This document shows, one piece after another, positions 1-7,247 of a stretch of 64,000 nt of DNA. The notes under the pieces were generated by a model. That model ran no database searches, was not told where the DNA came from, and worked only from the letters and a program-made list of their open reading frames with translations. Origin of the DNA: a virus; IMG/VR virus record IMGVR_UViG_3300009164_000056, positions 1-64,000 of that record. One strand, given 5' to 3'. The stretch's first letter is position 1. Every line of letters begins with the position of its first letter. The translations under genes were made by a program, and so were the position numbers.

Positions 1-14
1 CTATAATACCTAAA

Positions 15-227
15 TTAGTCTTCATACTCATATTTTTCAGCTAGATCACAACCTACTATAGCAGCAGGTATCCATCCAAAGATTAACATAAGCATTAATG
101 TACCACCATGGGTAGCACAAGATTTTAAATCTGTGGCATCAGATAAGTAATAACCAATAGTGGTTATTGTAAGCCAAGTGATAAGGAATGTTGCTACTAC
201 AGCAAGCATAATTTTTGTTGTTTTCAT
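15..227 (-). CDS. small membrane protein, two predicted TM helices
   Basis: 70-aa ORF with two hydrophobic stretches (IMLAVVATFLITWLTITTIGYY; TLMLMLIFGWIPAAIVG). Confidence 0.7.
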   Translation of the reverse strand: MKTTKIMLAVVATFLITWLTITTIGYYLSDATDLKSCATHGGTLMLMLIFGWIPAAIVGCDLAEKYEYED

Positions 228-233
228 ACTGTT

Positions 234-950
234 TTAGTTAAAGATTTTAGTTCTAATATATTCTGTTGCATAATGTGGATCAGACATAGCTTTAATTGTT
301 GGTAAGTGTTTATCCAAATTAACTAAAGCTTTTTTGTGGTCATATAAACCATAAACTGATAAGAAGACTTCTAGGAAATTAAATTTAACCCATCTGTCTG
401 CTTTACCTATCTTAAGAAAGATATCAGAAAATTCTTTGCACATAATCTCTGTCTTAGAGTTATTGATGCTGAATGATCCTTCTTTAATAAGTTTGCTGAT
501 ACACGTTGACTTTGAATTGTTAGTAGCAATCATTGCTATCATTGTGGGTTCAAGATTATAGATATTGATATACTTCAATAGTTTCATATAATCATTGTTT
601 ACTACTTTGTAAGCATTGACATAATCTAACAGTCCCCAAGATTTACTTGAGTTGTTTAACATAGCCATACAAGATACTATTTCTTCAACAGTATTAAGTT
701 TCAGTGATCTATAAGATACTGGTGCATTCTGGCGTATTAATGCATTAAGCAAATGTTGACCATCTATAACATAAGTTTTAGTTAGACCTTCAAATGCATT
801 TGTGGTAACAACTATAACATCACGGATACATCCCATTTTGTTAAGTGACTTTACCATACTTTCTACATGCTTAGAATTTACTTCACGATTCATAGGAAGG
901 TAACTAAACATGTCATACTTTGTAGTTGTTTGTGATTTAATGTGTTTCAT
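234..950 (-). CDS. ParB/Srx-like (DGQHR-type) domain protein
   Basis: N-terminal NREVNSKHV...L and YVIDGQHLL motifs typical of ParB-like N-terminal domains. Confidence 0.7.
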   Translation of the reverse strand: MKHIKSQTTTKYDMFSYLPMNREVNSKHVESMVKSLNKMGCIRDVIVVTTNAFEGLTKTYVIDGQHLLNALIRQNAPVSYRSLKLNTVEEIVSCMAMLNNSSKSWGLLDYVNAYKVVNNDYMKLLKYINIYNLEPTMIAMIATNNSKSTCISKLIKEGSFSINNSKTEIMCKEFSDIFLKIGKADRWVKFNFLEVFLSVYGLYDHKKALVNLDKHLPTIKAMSDPHYATEYIRTKIFN

Positions 951-977
951 ACTATTTGTTTTAAGTGAATATTAAAT

Positions 978-1011
978 AAAAAGTAGCAGGAGTTATTACC
1001 TAAACCCCTGC
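978..1011 (-). terminator. intrinsic terminator-like hairpin
   Basis: Minus strand reads GCAGGGGTT-N8-AACTCCTGC followed by TACTTTTT. Confidence 0.55.
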
Positions 1012-1164
1012 AAGAAAATTGGATTGTTACAGGCTTTGCACCTGTTTGGGAGCATATGAACCTCCACTTGTTTCTGTTTCTACATCTGCTAAATGTATTT
1101 GGATGTTTCATAGTGAACATCTAAGCTGCATTGTTTCATCACCACTTATGCTATGGTCTTAGGA

Positions 1165-1281
1165 TTACACAGCTCTGTGAGTACTCCAGTATCTTCTTTG
1201 TTGTTTACATCTAGAAGCACAGCTTTCTAATGTAACTACAAATAATAGCAATGCTATGATTGCAATGGCTTTTTTGTTCAT
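1165..1281 (-). CDS. small lipoprotein, 38 aa (absent from the ORF track)
   Basis: Hand translation MNKKAIAIIALLLFVVTLESCASRCKQQRRYWSTHRAV*: basic N-terminus, hydrophobic core, lipobox-like LESC, and an A-rich leader (ACTAAAACC-ATG). Confidence 0.75.
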   Translation of the reverse strand: MNKKAIAIIALLLFVVTLESCASRCKQQRRYWSTHRAV

Positions 1282-1399
1282 GGTTTTAGTATTTAAAGGT
1301 TAATTAAAAAAACTTACTCAGTACTGTTTCATCTTTACGGTTTCACAGTTAACCCAGTTATTTCATAGGACAACAGCATACCTGAGTAAGTTTATTATT

Positions 1400-1732
1400 T
1401 TAACAAGTAGTTATTTCTTCTGGATCATTGGTCCAGGCATATCTTTCATTCAGTTTGTTAAGTTGGATATCTTTTAAAGATTTACCCACTGTTCTAAAGA
1501 CTACAAAATCTATTTCCCAATTCATACCAGTGTAACTGATTTCTATTAAGGATTGAACTTTGTTGTTTCTGTAACTATGAACGGGTTGTACTCTAATATC
1601 TTTACTTATCATATGTAAAGGAGCTAATACACTTTCATTAAAGTCTGAGTAACTTACTCTGATCTTAAAAGTGTTGACAGGTGTACCGTTTACTAATACG
1701 GTTTGCATTCCAAATAAATTGATTGATTTCAT
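1400..1732 (-). CDS. hypothetical protein
   Basis: 110-aa ORF with A-rich leader and TAA stop; no motif recognised. Confidence 0.7.
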   Translation of the reverse strand: MKSINLFGMQTVLVNGTPVNTFKIRVSYSDFNESVLAPLHMISKDIRVQPVHSYRNNKVQSLIEISYTGMNWEIDFVVFRTVGKSLKDIQLNKLNERYAWTNDPEEITTC

Positions 1733-1987
1733 ACTTTCTGTTTAATTAATGATTATTGATTTTTACAAGATTCCGGATGATAATGCTCTTATCCTATAGA
1801 GAGAGATAACAATTCTATAAGGGAAGAAGACTACCATGTGTAACTACTACTAATACTTTTGTTAGCTATATATATAATAGAAGGTGTAAGTATAATTATG
1901 AGTGTGATTAAGGTATGTATTTGGTAATATAAGATCACCCATATACATTGTGACACACAAATGAATACAAAATTCTTTTAAATAAAT

Positions 1988-2018
1988 AGAAAAAGGGATG
2001 ATTAGTAACCATCCCTTT
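1988..2018 (-). terminator. intrinsic terminator after paralog A
   Basis: Minus strand reads AAAGGGATG-N9-CATCCCTTT then TTCT, 4 nt after the stop at 2023. Confidence 0.75.
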
Positions 2019-2022
2019 CCAA

Positions 2023-2352
2023 TTACATTGCTTCCACCCAATAGAGTGTAGTTTCTTCCCCTGTTACAAGGTCAACTACTCTATTATCAGATAATTTAAA
2101 GCCTGGCATCTCATCTCCTGCGTTCAACTTTTTCTGAAGTTGTGCAATTGTAGGATGATTGGCTTTCATTACTGTGTTAGTCTCTGGATCAATAAGGCTC
2201 AATACACCAAATGTAATATTACTTTGGGTTCTTGTTCCAACACTGATGCCGGCTAACGTTCCTATCTTTGATTGGATAGGTGCAGATGTAACAATAATGG
2301 TAGCAGTTCCCGTGCTATCATTCACTCTCAATTTTCTAAAAAATACTGACAT
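2023..2352 (-). CDS. hypothetical 109-aa protein, paralog A (start corrected to MSVFFRK)
   Basis: Aligns without gaps to 2583..2912 (84/109 identical by manual count). The track's upstream extension is translated regulatory DNA. Confidence 0.85.
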   Translation of the reverse strand: MSVFFRKLRVNDSTGTATIIVTSAPIQSKIGTLAGISVGTRTQSNITFGVLSLIDPETNTVMKANHPTIAQLQKKLNAGDEMPGFKLSDNRVVDLVTGEETTLYWVEAM

Positions 2353-2385
2353 AACTAATTTATTAATTTGTTTTATTGCAATAGT

Positions 2386-2442
2386 GCAACAATTAGCTGG
2401 GGAGCAGAGAGGAGCTGCGCGGAGCGCAGCAGCTGGAGAGCA
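2386..2442 (-). promoter_or_regulatory. repeated upstream box plus GC-rich triloop hairpin (candidate early promoter)
   Basis: AATTAGCTGGGGAGCA at 2391-2406, hairpin GCTGCGC-GGA-GCGCAGC at 2414-2430, and a partial box AGCTGGAGAGCA at 2431-2442. Confidence 0.5.
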
Positions 2443-2540
2443 GAAAGGTATGCGTAGTAGCTGATAGGCAGAACAATTGGTAACACTCAATAAAGTATGC
2501 GTAGTGCACCACAGCACAAAAAGGAGAATTAGTAACCTTT

Positions 2541-2573
2541 AAAAAGAAGAGGAGTGCTTTTACACACTCCTCT
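2541..2573 (-). terminator. intrinsic terminator after paralog B
   Basis: Minus strand reads AGAGGAGTG-N8-CACTCCTCT followed by TCTTTTT. Confidence 0.8.
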
Positions 2574-2582
2574 GTTCTGATG

Positions 2583-2912
2583 TTACACAGCCTCAATCCA
2601 CATTAGGGTTGTTAGCTCACCAGTTTGAATATCAACCACAGGGTTGCTACTCAATTGGAATCCTGGCATCTCATCACCAGCATTTAATTTCTTTTGCAAG
2701 GCTAGAATAGTTGGATGGTTAGCCTTCATTACCTGATTAGTTTCAGGGTCAATCAAACTTAATACTCCAAAGGTTACACTACCTTGTGTACGTGTTCCCA
2801 CGTTCATTCCAGCAAGAGTAGTACTTTTGCTTGTGATTGGCTTGTCTGTAGCAATGATTGTTGCTGTGCCAGTTGATTCATTGATTCTCAATTTTCTGAA
2901 GAAAACACTCAT
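2583..2912 (-). CDS. hypothetical 109-aa protein, paralog B
   Basis: Same length as 2023..2352 and about 77% identical to it. Confidence 0.85.
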   Translation of the reverse strand: MSVFFRKLRINESTGTATIIATDKPITSKSTTLAGMNVGTRTQGSVTFGVLSLIDPETNQVMKANHPTILALQKKLNAGDEMPGFQLSSNPVVDIQTGELTTLMWIEAV

Positions 2913-2965
2913 AATATTATATTTTATTTGTTTTTGGGTACCACAGACGCGGGGGTACCCTCACC

Positions 2966-2986
2966 GCAAAAATTAGCTGGGGAGCA
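2966..2986 (-). promoter_or_regulatory. second copy of the upstream box
   Basis: GCAAAAATTAGCTGGGGAGCA matches 2386-2406 at 20/21 positions. Confidence 0.5.
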
Positions 2987-3101
2987 ATTTGGTAGTAGGT
3001 ACCACCATTGCAATACACACTATTTTTTTTGGGGACAAAAAATTTTTTTTATATTACTATGATTAAGTTCTGTGAAAATTATTTTATCTTTACACCAGAA
3101 A

Positions 3102-3112
3102 TTTGTATATTA
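3102..3112 (+). promoter_or_regulatory. candidate late promoter motif TTTGTATATTA
   Basis: Recurs in intergenic gaps at 23647, 32883 and 47169, with variants at 16424, 22029, 35917 and 37186. Confidence 0.5.
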
Positions 3113-3144
3113 ATCTTATAGAAGGATAATTAAATAAATATAAA

Positions 3145-4278
3145 ATGAATATATTACAGGATATTATGGGTTTAATCTCTAAAGGTAAGGTGAAGACACC
3201 TACAGATAAAGATTACCTAGTAGTTGCTGCATACACTGATGTCCAAGAGGTGCTGAAACCTCAGCCAAAAATGCAAGCTAATTTAGTTAATATTGGGGCA
3301 CTAAAAAAATATATTGGAACTGGAATGCAAGGACCAACTGGTGCAACAGGTGCAACTGGACCAACACCATGGAACTTACCCGCTACAGTATATAATAATG
3401 GTTTAGATTATAATTATGGAGATGCAGTAATTTATGAAGGCGGATATTATTATAGAACAGGGAATCCAAATAATCCGGGTTATCCTCCAACACCCGGAAT
3501 CATAAATGAATCATGGACACCTGTTGCTGATAGAGGAGAACAAGGCATTCAAGGTATTCAAGGAATACAAGGAACAGCTGGTGCTTCTGTAACTATACTT
3601 GGTTCATATGCAGACTTAGCAGCATTTAATGCTGGAGCAGGTTCTTTACCTGGAGTTAATTTAGGAGATGCATGGATTTTGTTATCTGATGGATCTTTAA
3701 TGTCTTGGAATGGAACTGTATGGTTTGATGCTGGTGATATTCAAGGACCTCAAGGAATTGAGGGACCACAGGGACTGCAGGGTATTCAAGGGATTCAGGG
3801 TATTCAAGGTGTAAGTGGTACTTCGGGATTAGAAACTTCTACTAGATATTCTCCAACGTTTCAAGCAACAGGTATGACTTTTACCGGAACTGGGGCAACT
3901 TATCCTACTTATAATTCTTATTATGTTAAATCAGGTTTGCTAGTTAGCTTTGTAATAGAAATTGATTTTACAACAGTTACTAATTTTGGTACTGGTCAAT
4001 ATAAAGTTGCATTGCCATTTGCTCCTGCTTTTGGATATAACCATTTTAGTGGTTGGATATGGGCTGATCCAAACATTAGCCCAGATACTGGAACTGGACA
4101 CACAATACTTAATGCAGACACTGCTGGTATTACAACTGTCTTAGACTTACATTATTTGAAACAATCAGGAGGAGCTAATTCGCCTATTAGAGAAGGGTTA
4201 TGGACTCAAGGACTTCCTGTTCCATTAACAACAATAAGTAAAGCATATATTAATGGAACTTACATTTCCGCAACTTAA
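3145..4278 (+). CDS. collagen-repeat fibre/appendage protein
   Basis: Gly-X-Y runs (GIQGIQGIQG, GPQGIEGPQGLQG). The N-terminal ~58 aa are shared with 4288..5487. Confidence 0.7.
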   Translation: MNILQDIMGLISKGKVKTPTDKDYLVVAAYTDVQEVLKPQPKMQANLVNIGALKKYIGTGMQGPTGATGATGPTPWNLPATVYNNGLDYNYGDAVIYEGGYYYRTGNPNNPGYPPTPGIINESWTPVADRGEQGIQGIQGIQGTAGASVTILGSYADLAAFNAGAGSLPGVNLGDAWILLSDGSLMSWNGTVWFDAGDIQGPQGIEGPQGLQGIQGIQGIQGVSGTSGLETSTRYSPTFQATGMTFTGTGATYPTYNSYYVKSGLLVSFVIEIDFTTVTNFGTGQYKVALPFAPAFGYNHFSGWIWADPNISPDTGTGHTILNADTAGITTVLDLHYLKQSGGANSPIREGLWTQGLPVPLTTISKAYINGTYISAT

Positions 4279-4287
4279 ATAAAAACT

Positions 4288-5487
4288 ATGAATATTTTAC
4301 AAGACATAATAGGTTTAATCACCAAACGTAAGATTAAAACTCCATCAGACAAAGATTATATTGTATCAGCAGCATACACTGATACATATGAAGTACTTAA
4401 GCCACAACCAAAAATGGAAGCAAGTTTGCTTAACATTGGAGCTTTAAAAAAATATGTACAAATTGGTACAGTTACAGGAACAGGTACTAATAACTTTCTT
4501 ACTAAATGGACAAGCAATGGTGTAATTGGAGATAGTTTATTTTATAGTGATGCAACTATTGCAAAAACTATTTACAGTGGTGCAGACAATGGTTTGTTTT
4601 TAGATTTTTCAAATGGTGTTTATAATTTAACTTCTAATGGTTCTTTAGGATTACAAATTTTTAATAATAAAGTTGAAGTTGGGGATTTTAATGGATATGG
4701 TAATACTACTATTTTTAGTATTGATGATTCATATCAAATTATGAAAACTCAAAGTGCAAATGCAGATAAAGGTTTGTTTTTAGATTTTGCAGCTAATCAA
4801 TATTCTTTTGGAGATTATGATGGAGCTATTAATGGGACAACTTTATCAGTTAATGATTCTATTCAAATAATTGAATTATTCTCTACAAGAGTTCAATATA
4901 CAGGTCAAACAACTGCAACTATTGCTGCGTTTACGGGAAACAAAGCAGGTCAATTAGCATACAATTCTGATTCAAATAATTTTCAATATTATAACGGAAC
5001 GGCTTGGGCACCAGTTGCACCAAAAACAACTTATATGATGACGGGTGTATTTTCCAATATGTTTGGTGGAGATCCCGGAGGACTTAATAAAGATATTTTA
5101 GAATGGAGTCCAACTACACCTGCTGCAAGTCATTCATCAGTATTACCTATACTTCAAAACTGTAGAATTACTGCTGCCTCATTAAAATGGATTAGTTCAA
5201 CTCCAATTGGTACAATTAATCCTACAGATAGTTGGACAGTTAATGTATATAAAATGACAAATCCATTAACGGGTTCTACTACAGCTGATGGTAACTTTAC
5301 TCTTATTGGAACTTTAGGTATAACATTAACTTCTGCAAATTCAGGAACTACTCCAGGAATATTTTCATCAGGTTTAAATGTTGTTTTAAATGCTGGAGAT
5401 ATTATTAGAATTGCAGGTATTGAAACAGGAACAATTGGAACAAGTACAGAAGAAGCACAATTATCAATATTGATTGAAGTAATTTAA
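4288..5487 (+). CDS. fibre/appendage protein with shared N-terminal anchor
   Basis: N-terminus paralogous to the 3145 ORF. Contains a GTGTNNFLTKWT module also present in the 27258 fibre, plus a GQLAYNSDSNNFQYYNGTAW motif. Confidence 0.7.
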   Translation: MNILQDIIGLITKRKIKTPSDKDYIVSAAYTDTYEVLKPQPKMEASLLNIGALKKYVQIGTVTGTGTNNFLTKWTSNGVIGDSLFYSDATIAKTIYSGADNGLFLDFSNGVYNLTSNGSLGLQIFNNKVEVGDFNGYGNTTIFSIDDSYQIMKTQSANADKGLFLDFAANQYSFGDYDGAINGTTLSVNDSIQIIELFSTRVQYTGQTTATIAAFTGNKAGQLAYNSDSNNFQYYNGTAWAPVAPKTTYMMTGVFSNMFGGDPGGLNKDILEWSPTTPAASHSSVLPILQNCRITAASLKWISSTPIGTINPTDSWTVNVYKMTNPLTGSTTADGNFTLIGTLGITLTSANSGTTPGIFSSGLNVVLNAGDIIRIAGIETGTIGTSTEEAQLSILIEVI

Positions 5488-5493
5488 TAAAAG

Positions 5494-5778
5494 ATGGCAA
5501 TTAAAAAAGACTCTAGATTAGCAAGTGCCGGAGTTGCTGGTTACAATAAACCAAAACGTACTCCGTCACATCCAACTAAGTCACATGTGGTTGTGGCCAA
5601 AGAAGGAGATACAGTAAAGACAATTAGATTTGGTCAACAAGGTGTAAGTGGTGCAGGAGCAAATCCTACCACACCAAAAGAAAAGGCTAGACAAAAATCA
5701 TTCAAGGCTAGACACGCATCAAATATTGCTAAAGGTAAAATGTCTGCTGCTTATTGGGCAGATAAAGTTAAATGGTAA
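5494..5778 (+). CDS. small basic phage protein
   Basis: Lys-rich; IRFGQQG, KSFKARH and SAAYWADKVKW motifs recalled as widespread in environmental phages. Confidence 0.75.
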   Translation: MAIKKDSRLASAGVAGYNKPKRTPSHPTKSHVVVAKEGDTVKTIRFGQQGVSGAGANPTTPKEKARQKSFKARHASNIAKGKMSAAYWADKVKW

Positions 5779-5957
5779 TGGCAAAAGCAAAATCTACAGT
5801 AAACGCAGCAGGTAACTACACAAAACCAGGAATGCGTAAAAATCTTTTTAATAAGATTAAAGCAGGAAGTAAAGGCGGAGATCCAGGAGAGTGGTCTGCA
5901 CGTAAAGCACAACTACTTGCTGTTCAATATAAAAAAGCAGGAGGAGGCTACAAGTAA
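5778..5957 (+). CDS. small basic protein (GEWSARKAQLL...YKKAGGGY family)
   Basis: Start set at the TAATG overlap with the upstream stop; motif YTKP...KGG.PGEWSARKAQ. Confidence 0.75.
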   Translation: MAKAKSTVNAAGNYTKPGMRKNLFNKIKAGSKGGDPGEWSARKAQLLAVQYKKAGGGYK

Positions 5958-6193
5958 TGGCACTAGCAAAATCACAAGAGTCACTTAAGAAGTGGGGTAA
6001 TGAGAAATGGAAGACCTCAGACGGAAAACCGTCTAAAGGTAAGAAAAGGTATTTGCCTTCTGCAGCATGGGATGCATTGAGTGCTTCTGAGAAAGCAGCT
6101 ACTAATAAAGCCAAGGCAGCAGGTAATGCTAAAGGAAAACAATTCGTGAAACAACCAAAATCTGTAGCTAAGAAAGCTGCAAAATTTAGATAA
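5957..6193 (+). CDS. small basic protein, DUF5872-like
   Basis: LKKW..EKWKT..GKPS...RYLP..AW..LS..EK..TN..K...GKQFV pattern; TAATG-coupled to the previous gene. Confidence 0.65.
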   Translation: MALAKSQESLKKWGNEKWKTSDGKPSKGKKRYLPSAAWDALSASEKAATNKAKAAGNAKGKQFVKQPKSVAKKAAKFR

Positions 6194-6210
6194 CATTAAA
6201 ACTTAAAATT

Positions 6211-6456
6211 ATGAAAACTGTAAAAAAAATGAACATGGGCGGAACAATGATGTCTGACTCAACAATGATGAAAAAAGGTGGTGCCGTAAAAGCTAAAATG
6301 AAAAAAGGTGGTGCAATGAAAGATGTACCTGCTAGTAAAAAAGGATTAGCTAAACTTCCAACAGAAGTAAGAAACAAAATGGGTTACAAAAAGAATGGTG
6401 GTTCTACTGATCCTAAAATGAAAATGGGTGGGGCTATGAAAGGCAAAAAATGCTAA
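6211..6456 (+). CDS. Lys/Met-rich protein with five xxxGG repeats
   Basis: MNMGG, MKKGG (twice), KKNGG and MKMGG in 81 aa. Confidence 0.75.
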   Translation: MKTVKKMNMGGTMMSDSTMMKKGGAVKAKMKKGGAMKDVPASKKGLAKLPTEVRNKMGYKKNGGSTDPKMKMGGAMKGKKC

Positions 6457-6458
6457 TC

Positions 6459-6566
6459 ATGAAGAAGACAGACAAAAAAAAGGTGGTCATCCCTAAAGGA
6501 TATCATAAGATGCCAGATGGTAAGATTATGAAAGATAGTGCCCATAAGAAGACTAAAAAGAAGTAA
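6459..6566 (+). CDS. 35-aa basic peptide with GYHKMPDGKIMKDSAH motif (absent from the ORF track)
   Basis: Hand translation MKKTDKKKVVIPKGYHKMPDGKIMKDSAHKKTKKK*; starts 2 nt after the upstream stop. Confidence 0.7.
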   Translation: MKKTDKKKVVIPKGYHKMPDGKIMKDSAHKKTKKK

Positions 6567-6597
6567 TATCAATCTTCCTATTAAAGGATTATGATTA

Positions 6598-6855
6598 ATG
6601 TGTATGAGAGAAATTGATTTAATTAAACTAGGGTTTCAACGTTTTGATGAAAGCCCTGAATCCAGCGGAAGCTCACAACCTTGGTACTATTATGCTAAGG
6701 ATGTGGGAAAGGTTGGCTTCTTATCCTGTGACAGTGATTCAGATGAAGCTAAGAAGGGTAAATGGACCGTTGATGTTTTAGACGGAGATATTGTTTTCAA
6801 TAAAGCGTCAGAACTGAAAACCGTAATTACTTTATTAGAAAAGAATAAAATTTAA
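6598..6855 (+). CDS. hypothetical protein
   Basis: 85-aa ORF in operon orientation; could start at the second Met. Confidence 0.7.
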   Translation: MCMREIDLIKLGFQRFDESPESSGSSQPWYYYAKDVGKVGFLSCDSDSDEAKKGKWTVDVLDGDIVFNKASELKTVITLLEKNKI

Positions 6856-6895
6856 AAATAAATCCATTAAACTTTTTTTATTTAAACTATTATTA

Positions 6896-6903
6896 TATAT
6901 TTG
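6896..6903 (+). promoter_or_regulatory. Bacteroidetes-type -7 promoter element (TAnnTTTG)
   Basis: Intergenic TATATTTG. The same consensus occurs at 19779, 27225, 32487 and 35913, all intergenic. Confidence 0.55.
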
Positions 6904-6935
6904 TAGTATATTGTTTAACTTAAAAAAATTAAAAA

Positions 6936-7244
6936 ATGGCAAATGCAAAAACCTCCAATCCTTTAGATGAGAAAGAACCTATCTTAACTAAAGAAGAATT
7001 AAATGCACGTAGAGAAGAAATTAGTGCATTCTACAAAGACAACATTCCACACTTAGAAGTACAAGCAGAGTATGAGATGCTTTTAGCTACTATTGAGAAA
7101 TCAAGAGCTGAAAGATTACAGGCTCAAATGTATATGGCACAGGCCTATGCTTCTCAAAAAGAAGGTGGACAAGTACCAGCTAATTCAGAAGAAGCAAGAG
7201 CTTTTAAAGAAGCAATGGAAAATGCTGCATCTCAAATAGACTAA
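6936..7244 (+). CDS. hypothetical helical protein
   Basis: 102 aa, coiled-coil-like, with an A-rich leader. Confidence 0.75.
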   Translation: MANAKTSNPLDEKEPILTKEELNARREEISAFYKDNIPHLEVQAEYEMLLATIEKSRAERLQAQMYMAQAYASQKEGGQVPANSEEARAFKEAMENAASQID

Positions 7245-7247
7245 ACT

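Noticed and set aside
1029-1124. tRNA or hammerhead ribozyme suggested by GGTTCA and GAAAC motifs
   Set aside because: I could not build a cloverleaf and the CUGANGA core is absent; kept only as a generic structured-RNA candidate.
1733-1987. AT-rich gap with a TATATA run as replication origin
   Set aside because: No iterons or other supporting structure visible.
2353-2596. Track ORF extension 2353-2517 and ORFs 2159..2464 (+) and 2393..2596 (-)
   Set aside because: The paralog alignment fixes the start at 2352; the others overlap real genes or translate GC-rich regulatory DNA and a terminator.
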